In this document: positions 49,723 to 59,567 of the stretch, piece after piece | Layout: every line of letters begins with the position of its first letter | Numbering within the stretch: position 1 is the stretch's first letter | Assembly (NCBI GenBank): GCA_016178505.1 | Contig: JACOTG010000079.1 | Location: forward strand, 1,810 to 65,809 | Direction of reading: 5' to 3' | Length of the DNA: 64,000 nucleotides | Source: Planctomycetota bacterium | GTDB lineage: Bacteria > Planctomycetota > JACOTG01 | Notes under the pieces: generated by a model | The model's input: the letters and a program-made list of their open reading frames with translations, nothing else | Databases searched by the model: none | What the model was told of the DNA's origin: nothing | Translations under genes and position numbers: made by a program

Positions 49723-51318
49723 ATGATCCAAACACGATCGAGCAACGTTCGTGCGATCTTGGTTCATCCAAAGTACGCCAACTCGCCACACCCCTATCCG
49801 CCATTGGGACTGGCCTACGTCGCCGCATCCGCCGAGCGCGCCGGCCACAAGGTGCGCGTCGTCGACATGGGCGCGGTTCGACGCGGCACGACCGATGACG
49901 AGCTCGTCGATCACGTGCGTCGCGTGCGACCCGACGTCGTCGGCATCTACAACAACATCGCGCTGTATCGCAGCGTCTATCGACTGCTGCCAAAGCTTCG
50001 CCCGTACACGCGGCTTCTCGTCGCGGGTGGACCGCAGGCAACGCTTCTCCCCGAGGAATCGATCGAGAACGGCTTCGACGTCGCCGTCCGCGGGGAAGGC
50101 GATCTCACGTTTGCCGAGCTGCTCGACTCGCTCGACGACGGCCGTCCACTCGAGGGGATTCTTGGCATTTCGTATCGCGGTCGTGACGGCGCCTTTCACA
50201 ACAACGATTTCAGACCCGATGTTCGGGACCTCGACGCGTTGCCGTATCCCGCATACCACTGCTTCGATCTCGAGCGGTACTACGGCGGCGACGGATCCGC
50301 GATGCCCGAAGGTCGCGTCTTGACGAGTCGAGATTGCCCGGCGAAATGCACGTTTTGTTACCTCAAGGCCGTGCCGTCCGAGTTTCGGCTGCGCGAGCCG
50401 GAGAAGGTCCTCGAGGAGATCCTCTGGCTCCGGAAGACATACGGCACGTGGAAGATCGACTTCGCGGACGACACGTTTCCGAGCACGCATGAACGGATCG
50501 ACCGGCTGCTGGACCTGATCATCGAGGCCAACCTCGGGCTAACGTGGAGCTGCACGACTCGAATCGACGCCGTGTCGCGCCCGGTCCTCGAGAAGATGAA
50601 GCGGGCGGGCTGCTGGTTCATCGCGTTCGGCGTCGAAAGCGGCGACGATCAATCGCTCAAACGGCTCGGAAAGAAGCTGACAACGCAGATGGCCTACGAG
50701 ACGCTGCGGGACGCGAAGGAGATCGGCATCCACACTCGCGCGAACTTCATGTTCGGGTATCCCTGGGAAACGCCGGAGACGATCGACGCGACGCTGAACT
50801 TCATGCGCCGGCTCGAAGACAAGGTCGACTATTTCATGCCGCAAGGGCTGTTTCATCCGCTCCCCGGAACGGCGCTCTTCAACAAGTACCGAGAGCAGTT
50901 CGACCTCGATCAGTGGTGGATGCGAAAAGAGAGCTTCATCCGCTACCTCGACGAAGACGAGCAGCCGTACTTCCGGCGGGCCGGGTACGACGACTACGGC
51001 CGCACCGACTTCTTCCACCTTTCGGAGTCGGTGATTCGTCGCATACGAAAGGGCATCAACCTGATCGCCCACCACAACCTCGGAACCTTCCGCAGCAAGC
51101 CGAAGAAGTGGGGCTATGTCGGCCTCTATCACCTCTCGAAGGAGCTGTATCGGGTGGATCCGCATCTCGAGCGACGCGCGATGCGCGCGCTGATCGCGGC
51201 TCACGGCAAGGCCAAGGGACTCTACGGCGCCGGCCGGGCACGAGCCCGCGCCGCGGTCGAAGCAACGCGCGGCCGCATCAACGCCGTCGTGCGGAGTGCC
51301 AGTCGGGCCAGGGCGTAA
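49723..51318 (+). CDS. Cobalamin-binding radical SAM protein
   Basis: PPLGLAYVAA, GGPQAT, RGEGD (B12 domain); CPAKCTFC; FGVESG; FMFGYPWET. Confidence 0.92.
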   Translation: MIQTRSSNVRAILVHPKYANSPHPYPPLGLAYVAASAERAGHKVRVVDMGAVRRGTTDDELVDHVRRVRPDVVGIYNNIALYRSVYRLLPKLRPYTRLLVAGGPQATLLPEESIENGFDVAVRGEGDLTFAELLDSLDDGRPLEGILGISYRGRDGAFHNNDFRPDVRDLDALPYPAYHCFDLERYYGGDGSAMPEGRVLTSRDCPAKCTFCYLKAVPSEFRLREPEKVLEEILWLRKTYGTWKIDFADDTFPSTHERIDRLLDLIIEANLGLTWSCTTRIDAVSRPVLEKMKRAGCWFIAFGVESGDDQSLKRLGKKLTTQMAYETLRDAKEIGIHTRANFMFGYPWETPETIDATLNFMRRLEDKVDYFMPQGLFHPLPGTALFNKYREQFDLDQWWMRKESFIRYLDEDEQPYFRRAGYDDYGRTDFFHLSESVIRRIRKGINLIAHHNLGTFRSKPKKWGYVGLYHLSKELYRVDPHLERRAMRALIAAHGKAKGLYGAGRARARAAVEATRGRINAVVRSASRARA

Positions 51319-51404
51319 GCACATTCTCGGCGAGTCGATCGCCGGCGCGAGAGCGGTCCCGCCCAGTTGTTTCCTGATTCCCGCCGGATAGAATCCGCCC
51401 TGCC

Positions 51405-52856
51405 ATGGAAAAAACACTACGCAACTGCATTGGCGGCGAGTGGGTCTCTTCGTCGTCCACCGAGTCTCTCGAAATCACGAACCCAGCCACCGGCGAGTCG
51501 CTCGGCCGCGTGCCGTTGTCGAGCGCGCGCGACGTCGACGCTGCGGTCGCCGCGGCGCGCGCGGCGTTTCCGAAGTGGCGCGAGACGCCACCGGTCGTTC
51601 GCGCGCGACACCTCTTCAAGCTGAAGAACCTGCTCGAGGCGAACTTCGAGGAGATTGCGGCGACCGTCACGCGCGAGAACGGCAAGACGCTCGACGAGTC
51701 GCGCGGCTCCGTGCGGCGCGGCATCGAGAACGTCGAGCACGCGTGCGGCATCCCGACGTTGATGATGGGCAAGTCGCTCGAGGACATCGCCGCGGGCATC
51801 GACTGCGAGACGTTTCGTCAGCCGCTCGGCGTGTTCGCGGCGATCACGCCGTTCAACTTCCCGGCAATGGTGCCGATGTGGTTCTGGCCGTACGCGATCG
51901 CGACCGGCAACACGTTCGTGCTCAAGCCGAGCGAGCAGGTGCCGTTCTCGCCGACGCGCCTGGTGGAGCTAGCTCAAGAGGCAGGCATTCCGCCGGGCGT
52001 GCTGAACTTGGTGCACGGCGCGAAGGACGCGGTGAACGCAATCCTCTCGCATCGCGACATTGCGGGCGTTTCGTTCGTCGGCTCGTCGGCGGTCGCGAAG
52101 ATCGTCTATGAAGGCGCCGCGAAGTCGGGCAAGCGCGTGCAGGCGCTCGGCGGCGCGAAGAATCACATCGTCGTCATGCCCGACGCAGACATGGACCGCG
52201 CGGTGTCGATCGTCACCGAGTCGGTGTTCGGCTGCGCGGGCCAGCGGTGCCTCGCCGGCAGCGTCGTCGTGACGCCGGGCAAGGCGTACGAGCCATTCCG
52301 CGAGCGCTTCCTTTCGTCGGCAAAGGCGCTGAAGCTCGGAAACGGGCTCGAGACGGGCGTGACGCTCGGGCCGGTCGTCACGGCGCGGGCGAAGGAGCGC
52401 ATCATCGGTTGCGTCGACGCGGGCGCAAAGGAAGGCGCGACGCTCCTCCTCGACGGTCGCTCGGCGCGCGTCGAGAAACTGCCGCGCGGACAATTCGTCG
52501 GGCCGACGATCTTCGAGGGCGTGACGCCCGAGATGTCGATCGGCAAGGAAGAGATCTTCGGACCGGTCGCCGGGATCGCGCGCGTCGGATCACTCGACGA
52601 GGCGATCGAGACCGTGCACCGCTCCGGCTACGCGAACGCGACGTCGATCTTCACGACCAGCGGCAAAGCTGCCCGCGAGTATCGATATCGCGTCGGCGTC
52701 AGCATGATCGGCGTGAACATCGGCGTCGCCGCCCCGATGGCCTTCTTCCCGTTCGGCGGCACCAAGGGCTCCTTCTTCGGCGACCTCAAAGCCCACGGCA
52801 ACGACGCCATCGAGTTCTACACCGACAAAAAGGTCGTCATCTCCCGCTGGATCTGA
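51405..52856 (+). CDS. mmsA: CoA-acylating (methyl)malonate-semialdehyde dehydrogenase
   Basis: ITPFNFPAMVP, KPSEQ, FVGS, GAKNH, GCAGQRCLA, EEIFGP. Confidence 0.92.
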   Translation: MEKTLRNCIGGEWVSSSSTESLEITNPATGESLGRVPLSSARDVDAAVAAARAAFPKWRETPPVVRARHLFKLKNLLEANFEEIAATVTRENGKTLDESRGSVRRGIENVEHACGIPTLMMGKSLEDIAAGIDCETFRQPLGVFAAITPFNFPAMVPMWFWPYAIATGNTFVLKPSEQVPFSPTRLVELAQEAGIPPGVLNLVHGAKDAVNAILSHRDIAGVSFVGSSAVAKIVYEGAAKSGKRVQALGGAKNHIVVMPDADMDRAVSIVTESVFGCAGQRCLAGSVVVTPGKAYEPFRERFLSSAKALKLGNGLETGVTLGPVVTARAKERIIGCVDAGAKEGATLLLDGRSARVEKLPRGQFVGPTIFEGVTPEMSIGKEEIFGPVAGIARVGSLDEAIETVHRSGYANATSIFTTSGKAAREYRYRVGVSMIGVNIGVAAPMAFFPFGGTKGSFFGDLKAHGNDAIEFYTDKKVVISRWI

Positions 52857-52995
52857 CGCGTACGGAGCCAGGGTCAACTCCGGCGGATTATTTCCCACAC
52901 CCATCGTGTGCCGCTCTCAGTGACGAGGCGGCGCTTCACGTTCACGTCTCCGGGTGGCGGAAAATGTGATGGAGTTGACCCTGGCTCCGTGCGCG
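52854..52995. repeat. REP-like inverted pair (family 2)
   Basis: TGACGCGTACGGAGCCAGGGTCAACTCCGGCGGATTATTTC at 52854-52894; partial inverted copy GGAGTTGACCCTGGCTCCGTGCGCG at 52971-52995. Confidence 0.88.
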
Positions 52996-53097
52996 GCTGA
53001 ACGGGCCGTCCAACTGGCGGGATCATTCGTTCGACGCGACGTCGCGGCTCGCGTAGACTCGCTCACCTGAAGCCTCTGTCACCGAAGGAGAGAGGTC

Positions 53098-55052
53098 ATG
53101 CGCATGTGCAACGCATTCCGAATGCTCGGGGTGCTGCTCGCCGCCGGCATCGGAATCGCTCGAGGCCAGAGCACGTACTGCGTCAGCGCCACGGAAAACG
53201 GGGTCGTGAGCAACGGCTGGAGCGGCTTCGGAGTGTCGATGTCGCCGGACGGCCGTTACGTCGCGTTCGACAGCTACGCGACGAACCTCGCGCCGCAGGG
53301 CGGCAACGGGTACTGGCAGGTCTTGATCCACGATCGCGAGACGGGCGAGCTCGAGCTCGTCAGCCAGACGTCCGGCGGAGATTTGGCCATCCGCTCGGCG
53401 ACTCAGCCGAGCGTGTCCGCGGACGGGCGCTTCGTCGCGTTCATCGCCGAAGCCTCGAACTTCGACTCGTTCCCGCAGGGGGGCATTTTCGTGCGCGACC
53501 GCGTCGCCCGCACGACGTCGCGAGCCATCCTGAGTTCGGCGGGCGGATTGCCGAACGGCGGTTGCTTCGATCCGGCGCTGTCGGCGGACGGGCGGTTCCT
53601 CGCCTTCACCACGACGGCGACGAACCTCGCCGGCGGCGGATCCTCCGGGCCTAAAGTGTTCGTGCTGGATCGAGCGACCGGCGTCACGAGCAACGTGAGC
53701 GTGAATTCGTCGGGACAGGCGGCGGATGCCGACTGCTTCTCGCCCAGGATTTCCTCCGACGGGCGATACGTCGCGTTCGAAAGCTACGCGACGAACCTCT
53801 ACACCTCGGCCTCGAACGCCAACCCCTACTACTTCCGCCACGACCGCGCGAGCGGCATGACGGCTCGCGTCGTCGCCAGTGCGTCGGGAGGCGACGTGCA
53901 AAACGCGTTCGGCTATGGACTGCCATCGATCTCCGCGGACGGCCGGTTCGTCGCGTTCTCGAGCTTCGGGGCGACGCTGGTTCCCGACGACACCAACGGA
54001 CAGGAAGATGTGTTCGTGCGCGATATGGACGCCGGCGTGACCGTGCGGGCGAGCGTCGACTCCGCCGGAGTCCAAGGAAACCTCGACTCGTTTCACGCGG
54101 TGATCTCCGCGGACGGTCGTTTCGTCGTGTTCGACAGCTATGCGACGAACCTCGTTCCCGGCGGGACGAACGGAAGCCGCCAGGTGATCGTTCACGATCT
54201 CGCCAGTGGAGCAACGCGCCTGGCGAGCACGGGCGCGTCGGGGACCGCGGGAAATAGGTCGAGCGGCCAGTACCAGCGCGACAGCAGTGGCAACATGCGA
54301 TTTCCGCCGAACACGGCAATTTCGCGCGAGGGTCGTCGGATCGCTTTTGCGAGCGAGGCGACCAACCTCGTCCCCGGCGAGTTCAACAACGTCCAGGACG
54401 TGTTCGTGCGCGAGCAGTGGAGCCTGTCCGTGGATTCGGTCCTACCGTCGTCCGGCTCGGAGAGCGGCGGCGACCTCGTGACGCTCCGCGGCATCGGATT
54501 CGAGTCGGCCACCGACACTGGCGTCGACTTCGGCGGCACGGCGGCCAAGGCTTCACCTACTTACCGCCGGAGATCGCGGCCCGCCATGGCAACGTGAACG
54601 TCGCGCTCGGCGAACGCGAGGCCGTCCTTCTCGTGAACGCCGTCAGCGGCGACTCGATGACGCGCGAAATCGCAATCGGCACGAATCAACCGATCACCGC
54701 CGTCGTCCTCCCGCCGTCGAACCGCGCGAGTGCTCGTTTTGCGATCTACGCGTGGGGCCGCGCGCCGCGCCCGAGCACGCTTTCACCGCTTCCGCGCGGC
54801 CTCGGAGCGATCGTCCTTCCGCCGCCGCTGCTGGGAGGCTCGCCCCCGGTGACGTGGAACAACCTCGGGCATACGCGAGCGCTCGGCATCGCAAATCGCC
54901 CGTCCAGCTTGGCACCTTCGATCCTGTTTCGAAGCACTGGGATCGCGACCCCGAGAACCTTCTCGCTCCAGGGCCTGATCGAAGACGACGGCTCGGCGAT
55001 CCCGCAACGCCTCAGCGTGACGAACGCTGTCATCGTCCGCGTTCACGAGTGA
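53098..55052 (+). pseudogene. Secreted TolB-like/PD40 beta-propeller plus IPT/TIG and C-terminal domain; frameshifting deletion at ~54543-54550
   Basis: Seven S.DGR.VAF.S.ATNL repeats; the IPT domain starts in ORF 53098-54597 and resumes as GFTYLPPEIAARHGNVN in ORF 54417-55052. Confidence 0.82.
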
Positions 55053-55204
55053 CGCGTACGGAGCCAGGGTCAACTCCGGCGGATTATTTCTCACTTCCCT
55101 GTCCGCCAGCCGGTGGCGGCATGCGGAGGGTTCGCGTCGATACCGTCGTGAGGGAAGAACGTGGCGGTGTGGGCCCTGGCTCCGTACGCACTGGCTCCGT
55201 ACGC
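55050..55204. repeat. REP-like cluster (family 2)
   Basis: 41-bp copy at 55050-55090 identical to 52854-52894; two short inverted copies containing CTGGCTCCGTACGC at 55174-55189 and 55191-55204. Confidence 0.88.
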
Positions 55205-55227
55205 ATCGGGAGCTCGCGGCGGCGGAG

Positions 55228-55740
55228 TCAGAGCGGCACGATGTCGACGACGCGGGCGAGGAAGGCGTCGAGGTCCTCCCAACCGGGAGGAGGATGTGAT
55301 CCCCACGTGAACGCGCTCGACTCGAGCCCGCCTTCGATCTCGAGGTGATGACGGATTCCATCGAGCTGGATGCGGGTCTCCGCGGCGGCGGACGGAACGC
55401 GGATCCGGCGTGCCGCATCGAGAAGCTCGCGAACGACGGCGGCGGCGACGGGTGCGTCCGCACTCTCGATGGTCGGGCGAAGAGCTCGCGGATGTCGCAA
55501 CCGCTCGGCAGGATTTCGGAACTTCGCGACGTCGACGCCCAAGCGCCACGCGCCACGCCGCGCGAGTGCCGACGATCCGTCTCGCGCAACGAACAAGTCC
55601 GTACGATGCGCGTCGGCGAACGCCGGCTCCACGACCGCGGTGACTCGGCGCACGAACCCGCGCACCGCGGCCGGCCGTCGCAGCTCGGCGAGCGCGGCAT
55701 CGCGCAACCGCGCCCAATCCTCTTGAAGTTCGGCGTCCAT
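55228..55740 (-). CDS. Hypothetical protein
   Basis: 170-aa ORF with protein-like composition between repeat copies. Confidence 0.55.
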   Translation of the reverse strand: MDAELQEDWARLRDAALAELRRPAAVRGFVRRVTAVVEPAFADAHRTDLFVARDGSSALARRGAWRLGVDVAKFRNPAERLRHPRALRPTIESADAPVAAAVVRELLDAARRIRVPSAAAETRIQLDGIRHHLEIEGGLESSAFTWGSHPPPGWEDLDAFLARVVDIVPL

Positions 55741-55913
55741 GCCACCCCAGCTTCCCATGTGCGGGCGTTTCGATCATCGTTGATTCAGGTCGAGGACAGG
55801 CCTCTCTGGAGGCACCCGCCAGACGGCAGTCCATCGCGCTTTGGGGCTGTCCTGCTACCGGCCCCGCGATAGAATCCCCCGACGCGTCGCCCGGTCGGTG
55901 TGCTCGCTGACGA

Positions 55914-55955
55914 GTGGGAAATAATCCGCCGGAGTTGACCCTGGCTCCGTACGCG
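55914..55955. repeat. Inverted REP-like copy (family 2)
   Basis: Perfect 42-bp reverse complement of 52857-52898, directly upstream of the RBS of the nitrilase-family gene. Confidence 0.9.
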
Positions 55956-55969
55956 GAGGTGGAGGTGCG

Positions 55970-56839
55970 ATGAGAGTGGTTCGCGGCGGGTTGATTCAGA
56001 TGTCGAATCCGGTCAATGATCCTTCCGCGTCGGTTGCTGCGGTGCGCGAGGCGATGCTCGCTAAGCACATTCCGTTCGTCGAGGAAGCCGGGAATCGCGG
56101 GGTGCAGATCCTCTGCCTCCAAGAGATATTCAACGGGCCTTACTTCTGCCCGAGCCAGGACGCGAAGTGGTGCGACATCGCCGAAGCGGTGCCCGGGCCA
56201 ACCGTCGAGCGCATGGCCGCACTCGCGAAGAAGCACAACATGGTCATCATCGTGCCGGTCTACGAGCGCGAGATGGCGGGCGTCTACTACAACACGGCGG
56301 CGGTCATCGACGCCGACGGCACCTACCTCGGCAAGTACCGGAAGACGCACATCCCGCACACGTCCGGCTTCTGGGAGAAGTACTTCTTCAAGCCGGGCAA
56401 CCTCGGCTACCCGACGTTCCAGACGCGCTATGCACGCATCGGCGTCTACATCTGCTACGACCGCCACTTCCCCGAAGGCGCGCGACTCCTCGGCCTTCAC
56501 GGCGCGGAGATCGTGTTCAATCCGTCGGCAACGGTGAAGGGCCTGTCGCAGTACCTATGGAAGCTCGAGCAGCCCGCGCACGCCGTCGCGAACGGCTACT
56601 TCATGGGCTGCATCAACCGCGTCGGCACCGAGGCGCCGTGGAACATCGGCGAGTTCTACGGCACGAGCTACTTCGTCGACCCGCGCGGCAAGATCCTCGC
56701 GGAAGGCAGCGAGACGAAAGACGAGCTGATCGTCGCCGACATGAACCTCGACATGATCGAGGAAGTGCGCCGCACGTGGCAGTTCTTCCGCGATCGACGA
56801 CCCGACGCCTACGAGGACTTGGTCAAGCAACTCCCATGA
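55970..56839 (+). CDS. Nitrilase-family beta-ureidopropionase (N-carbamoyl-beta-alanine amidohydrolase)
   Basis: E-K-C triad (LQEIF, YRKTHIP, ICYDRHFPE); FWEKYFFKPG; adjacent to dihydropyrimidinase. Confidence 0.88.
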   Translation: MRVVRGGLIQMSNPVNDPSASVAAVREAMLAKHIPFVEEAGNRGVQILCLQEIFNGPYFCPSQDAKWCDIAEAVPGPTVERMAALAKKHNMVIIVPVYEREMAGVYYNTAAVIDADGTYLGKYRKTHIPHTSGFWEKYFFKPGNLGYPTFQTRYARIGVYICYDRHFPEGARLLGLHGAEIVFNPSATVKGLSQYLWKLEQPAHAVANGYFMGCINRVGTEAPWNIGEFYGTSYFVDPRGKILAEGSETKDELIVADMNLDMIEEVRRTWQFFRDRRPDAYEDLVKQLP

Positions 56840-58215
56840 AAACGCTCATCCAGAACGGAACCGTCGTCACCGCCAGCGATACGTTCGCCGCGGACGTCCT
56901 GATCGAAGACGAAATGATCGCCCTTCTCGGCACGAAGATCGACGTGAAAGCCGACAAGACGATCGACGCGCGCGGCAAGTTCGTGATCCCCGGCGGCATC
57001 GACGTGCACACGCACCTCGACATGCCGTTCGGCGGCTCGAAGTCGGCCGACGACTTCGAGACCGGCACGATCGCGGCGGCGTTCGGCGGCACGACGTCCG
57101 TCGTCGACTTCGCCATCCAGTACAAGGGCCAGTCGCTGCATCACGCCTGGGAAGCCTGGATGGGCAAGGCCGAGGGCAAGGCCGCGATCGACTATGGATT
57201 CCACATGATCATCACGGACCTCACCGAAAAGGCCGAGGCCGAGATGGACGCCCTGGTCAAGGAGGGCGTGACGTCGTTCAAGCTCTTCATGGCCTACCCC
57301 GGCGTCTTCATGCTCGACGACGCGACGATCTTCCGCGCGCTGCTGCGAACCGGCGAGAACGGCGGCACGATCTGCATGCACGCGGAAAATGGCGGCGTCA
57401 TCGACGTGCTCGTGAAGCGCGCGCTCGCTCGCGGCGAGACCGCGCCGAAGTACCACGCGCTCACGCGCCCGCCGCGCGCCGAGGCCGAGGCGACGCATCG
57501 CGCGATCGCGCTCGCCGAAATGGCGGACGTCCCGATCTACATCGTGCACCTCTCCGCCGCCGAGGCGCTGGAGATGGTCACCGAAGCGCGCGACCGCGGC
57601 CTCCCCGCGTACGCCGAGACGTGCCCGCAGTACCTCTTCCTCAGCTACGACAACTACGAGGAGCCGGGCTTCGCAGGCGCGAAGTACGTGATGAGCCCGC
57701 CCCTTCGCGACAAGGCGAAGCAAGCGCAGCTGTGGCGCGGCCTCGCGGGCAACGACCTTCAAGTGATCTCGACCGACCACTGCCCCTTCTGCATGAAGGA
57801 GCAAAAGGAACTCGGCAAGAACGATTTCTCGAAGATCCCGAACGGCGCGCCCGGGATCGAGACGCGCATGAGCCTCGTGTGGGACGGCGGCGTCCGCGAG
57901 AAGCGCATCTCGATGAACCGCTTCGTCGAGCTGACGGCCACCGCGCCCGCCAAGATCTTCGGGATGTGGCCGAAGCGCGGCACGATCGCACCGGGCAGCT
58001 TCGCGGACGTCGTGGTCTTCGATGCGAACCGCGAGATCACGCTCGCGGCGAAGACGCTGCACATGAACGTCGACTACAACCCGTATGAAGGACGCAAAGT
58101 TCGCGGCGCTCCCGACGTCGTTCTGTCGCGCGGCCGCGTCGTGATCGAAAACGGAAAGTTCGTGGGCAAGGTCGGCGCCGGCCAATTCATCAAGCGCGCC
58201 GAGAGGATGAAGTGA
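56836..58215 (+). CDS. hydA: Dihydropyrimidinase
   Basis: ATGA overlap; PGGIDVHTH, SFKLFMAY, MHAENG, STDHCPF, PNGAPG. Confidence 0.93.
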   Translation: MKTLIQNGTVVTASDTFAADVLIEDEMIALLGTKIDVKADKTIDARGKFVIPGGIDVHTHLDMPFGGSKSADDFETGTIAAAFGGTTSVVDFAIQYKGQSLHHAWEAWMGKAEGKAAIDYGFHMIITDLTEKAEAEMDALVKEGVTSFKLFMAYPGVFMLDDATIFRALLRTGENGGTICMHAENGGVIDVLVKRALARGETAPKYHALTRPPRAEAEATHRAIALAEMADVPIYIVHLSAAEALEMVTEARDRGLPAYAETCPQYLFLSYDNYEEPGFAGAKYVMSPPLRDKAKQAQLWRGLAGNDLQVISTDHCPFCMKEQKELGKNDFSKIPNGAPGIETRMSLVWDGGVREKRISMNRFVELTATAPAKIFGMWPKRGTIAPGSFADVVVFDANREITLAAKTLHMNVDYNPYEGRKVRGAPDVVLSRGRVVIENGKFVGKVGAGQFIKRAERMK

Positions 58216-59567
58216 TGAACCCAAAGACAGCCGCACCCAAAGCGCCCGTGCCCGCGACCGCACCCGCCGCGACGCCGCACGTCGACGCGACCGCCGTTCG
58301 CGCGAAGCACAAGGAGTTCCTCTTCCCGTGCGTCGCGAACTACTACCAGGAGCCGATCGTCATCACGCGCGGGCAGGGCTCGCACGTGTTCGATGCGGAC
58401 GATCGCGACTACCTCGACTTCTTCGGCGGCATCCTCACGCTCGGCATCGGCCACTGCCATCCCGACGTGACGAAGCGCCTCCAGGAGCAGGTCGCGCGCC
58501 TCGTGCACACGTCGACGCTCTACCCGACGCAAGAGATCGTGAACGTCGCCGAGAAGCTCGCGCGCCTCACGCCGGGCAAGCTCAAGAAGAGCTTCTTCAC
58601 CGCGAGCGGCACCGAAGCAGACGACACCGCCGTCGTGCTCGCGAAGATCTACACGGGCCAGCAAGAGGTCATCGTGCTGCGCCACGGCTACTCGGGCCGC
58701 AGCCATCTCGCGATGTCGCTGCAGGGCCATGCGCCGTGGCGACTGATTCCGACGTCGGTCGCGGGCGTCAAGCACGCGCTCTCGCCCTACTGCTACCGCT
58801 GCCCGCTCGGGCTCACGTATCCGTCGTGCGAAGTGAAGTGCGCGCAAGACATCGACGAGTTGATCCGCACCGAGACCAACGGCAAGCCCGCCGCGTTCAT
58901 GGCGGAGCCGATCCAAGGCGTCGGCGGGTTCATCACGCCGCCGAAGGAGTACTTCCAGATCGCCGTCGGCATCGTGCGGAAGTACGGCGGCGTCTTCATC
59001 TGCGACGAAGTGCAAACGGGCTTCGGCCGCACGGGCGACCACTGGTGCGGCATCGAGCATTGGGGCGTCGAGCCCGAGATCATGACGTTCGCCAAGTCGA
59101 TCGCGAACGGGATGTCGGTCGGCGCGACGATCGCGACGGACGTCGTCGCCAACGCGTGGACCGGCCTCACGATCTCGACGTTCGGCGGCACGCCGGTCAC
59201 GATGGCGGGCTGCGACGCGACGCTCGACGTCATGGAGCGAGAGAACACGCCGAAGCGCGCAGCCGAGCGCGGCAAGCAACTGCGCGCGCACCTCGACTCG
59301 TTCCAGTCGAAGTACGCGTTCATCGGCGACGTCCGCGGGATGGGCCTCATGCAAGCGCTCGAGCTGGTCGAGAATCGGAAAACCAAGGAGCCGGCGCCGA
59401 AGAAGGCCGCCGCGCTGATGGAAGCGGCGAAGAAGCAAGGCCTCCTCATCGGCAAGGGCGGACTCTACGGCAACGTGCTGCGCATCGCCCCGTCGATGCT
59501 CATCTCGAAGGAGGAGATCGACGAGGGCGCGAAGCGACTCGACCGCGCGCTGTCCGAGGTGAAATGA
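58215..59567 (+). CDS. Class III PLP aminotransferase, probably beta-alanine transaminase
   Basis: DFFGG, SGTEA, AEPIQGVGG, DEVQTGFGRTG, FAKS; operon context. Confidence 0.88.
   Translation: MNPKTAAPKAPVPATAPAATPHVDATAVRAKHKEFLFPCVANYYQEPIVITRGQGSHVFDADDRDYLDFFGGILTLGIGHCHPDVTKRLQEQVARLVHTSTLYPTQEIVNVAEKLARLTPGKLKKSFFTASGTEADDTAVVLAKIYTGQQEVIVLRHGYSGRSHLAMSLQGHAPWRLIPTSVAGVKHALSPYCYRCPLGLTYPSCEVKCAQDIDELIRTETNGKPAAFMAEPIQGVGGFITPPKEYFQIAVGIVRKYGGVFICDEVQTGFGRTGDHWCGIEHWGVEPEIMTFAKSIANGMSVGATIATDVVANAWTGLTISTFGGTPVTMAGCDATLDVMERENTPKRAAERGKQLRAHLDSFQSKYAFIGDVRGMGLMQALELVENRKTKEPAPKKAAALMEAAKKQGLLIGKGGLYGNVLRIAPSMLISKEEIDEGAKRLDRALSEVK

Noticed and set aside
52854-55955. Autonomous transposon or integron cassette array
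   Set aside because: No transposase or integrase in the window and the repeats lack attC GTTRRRY/RYYYAAC ends; kept as REP-like
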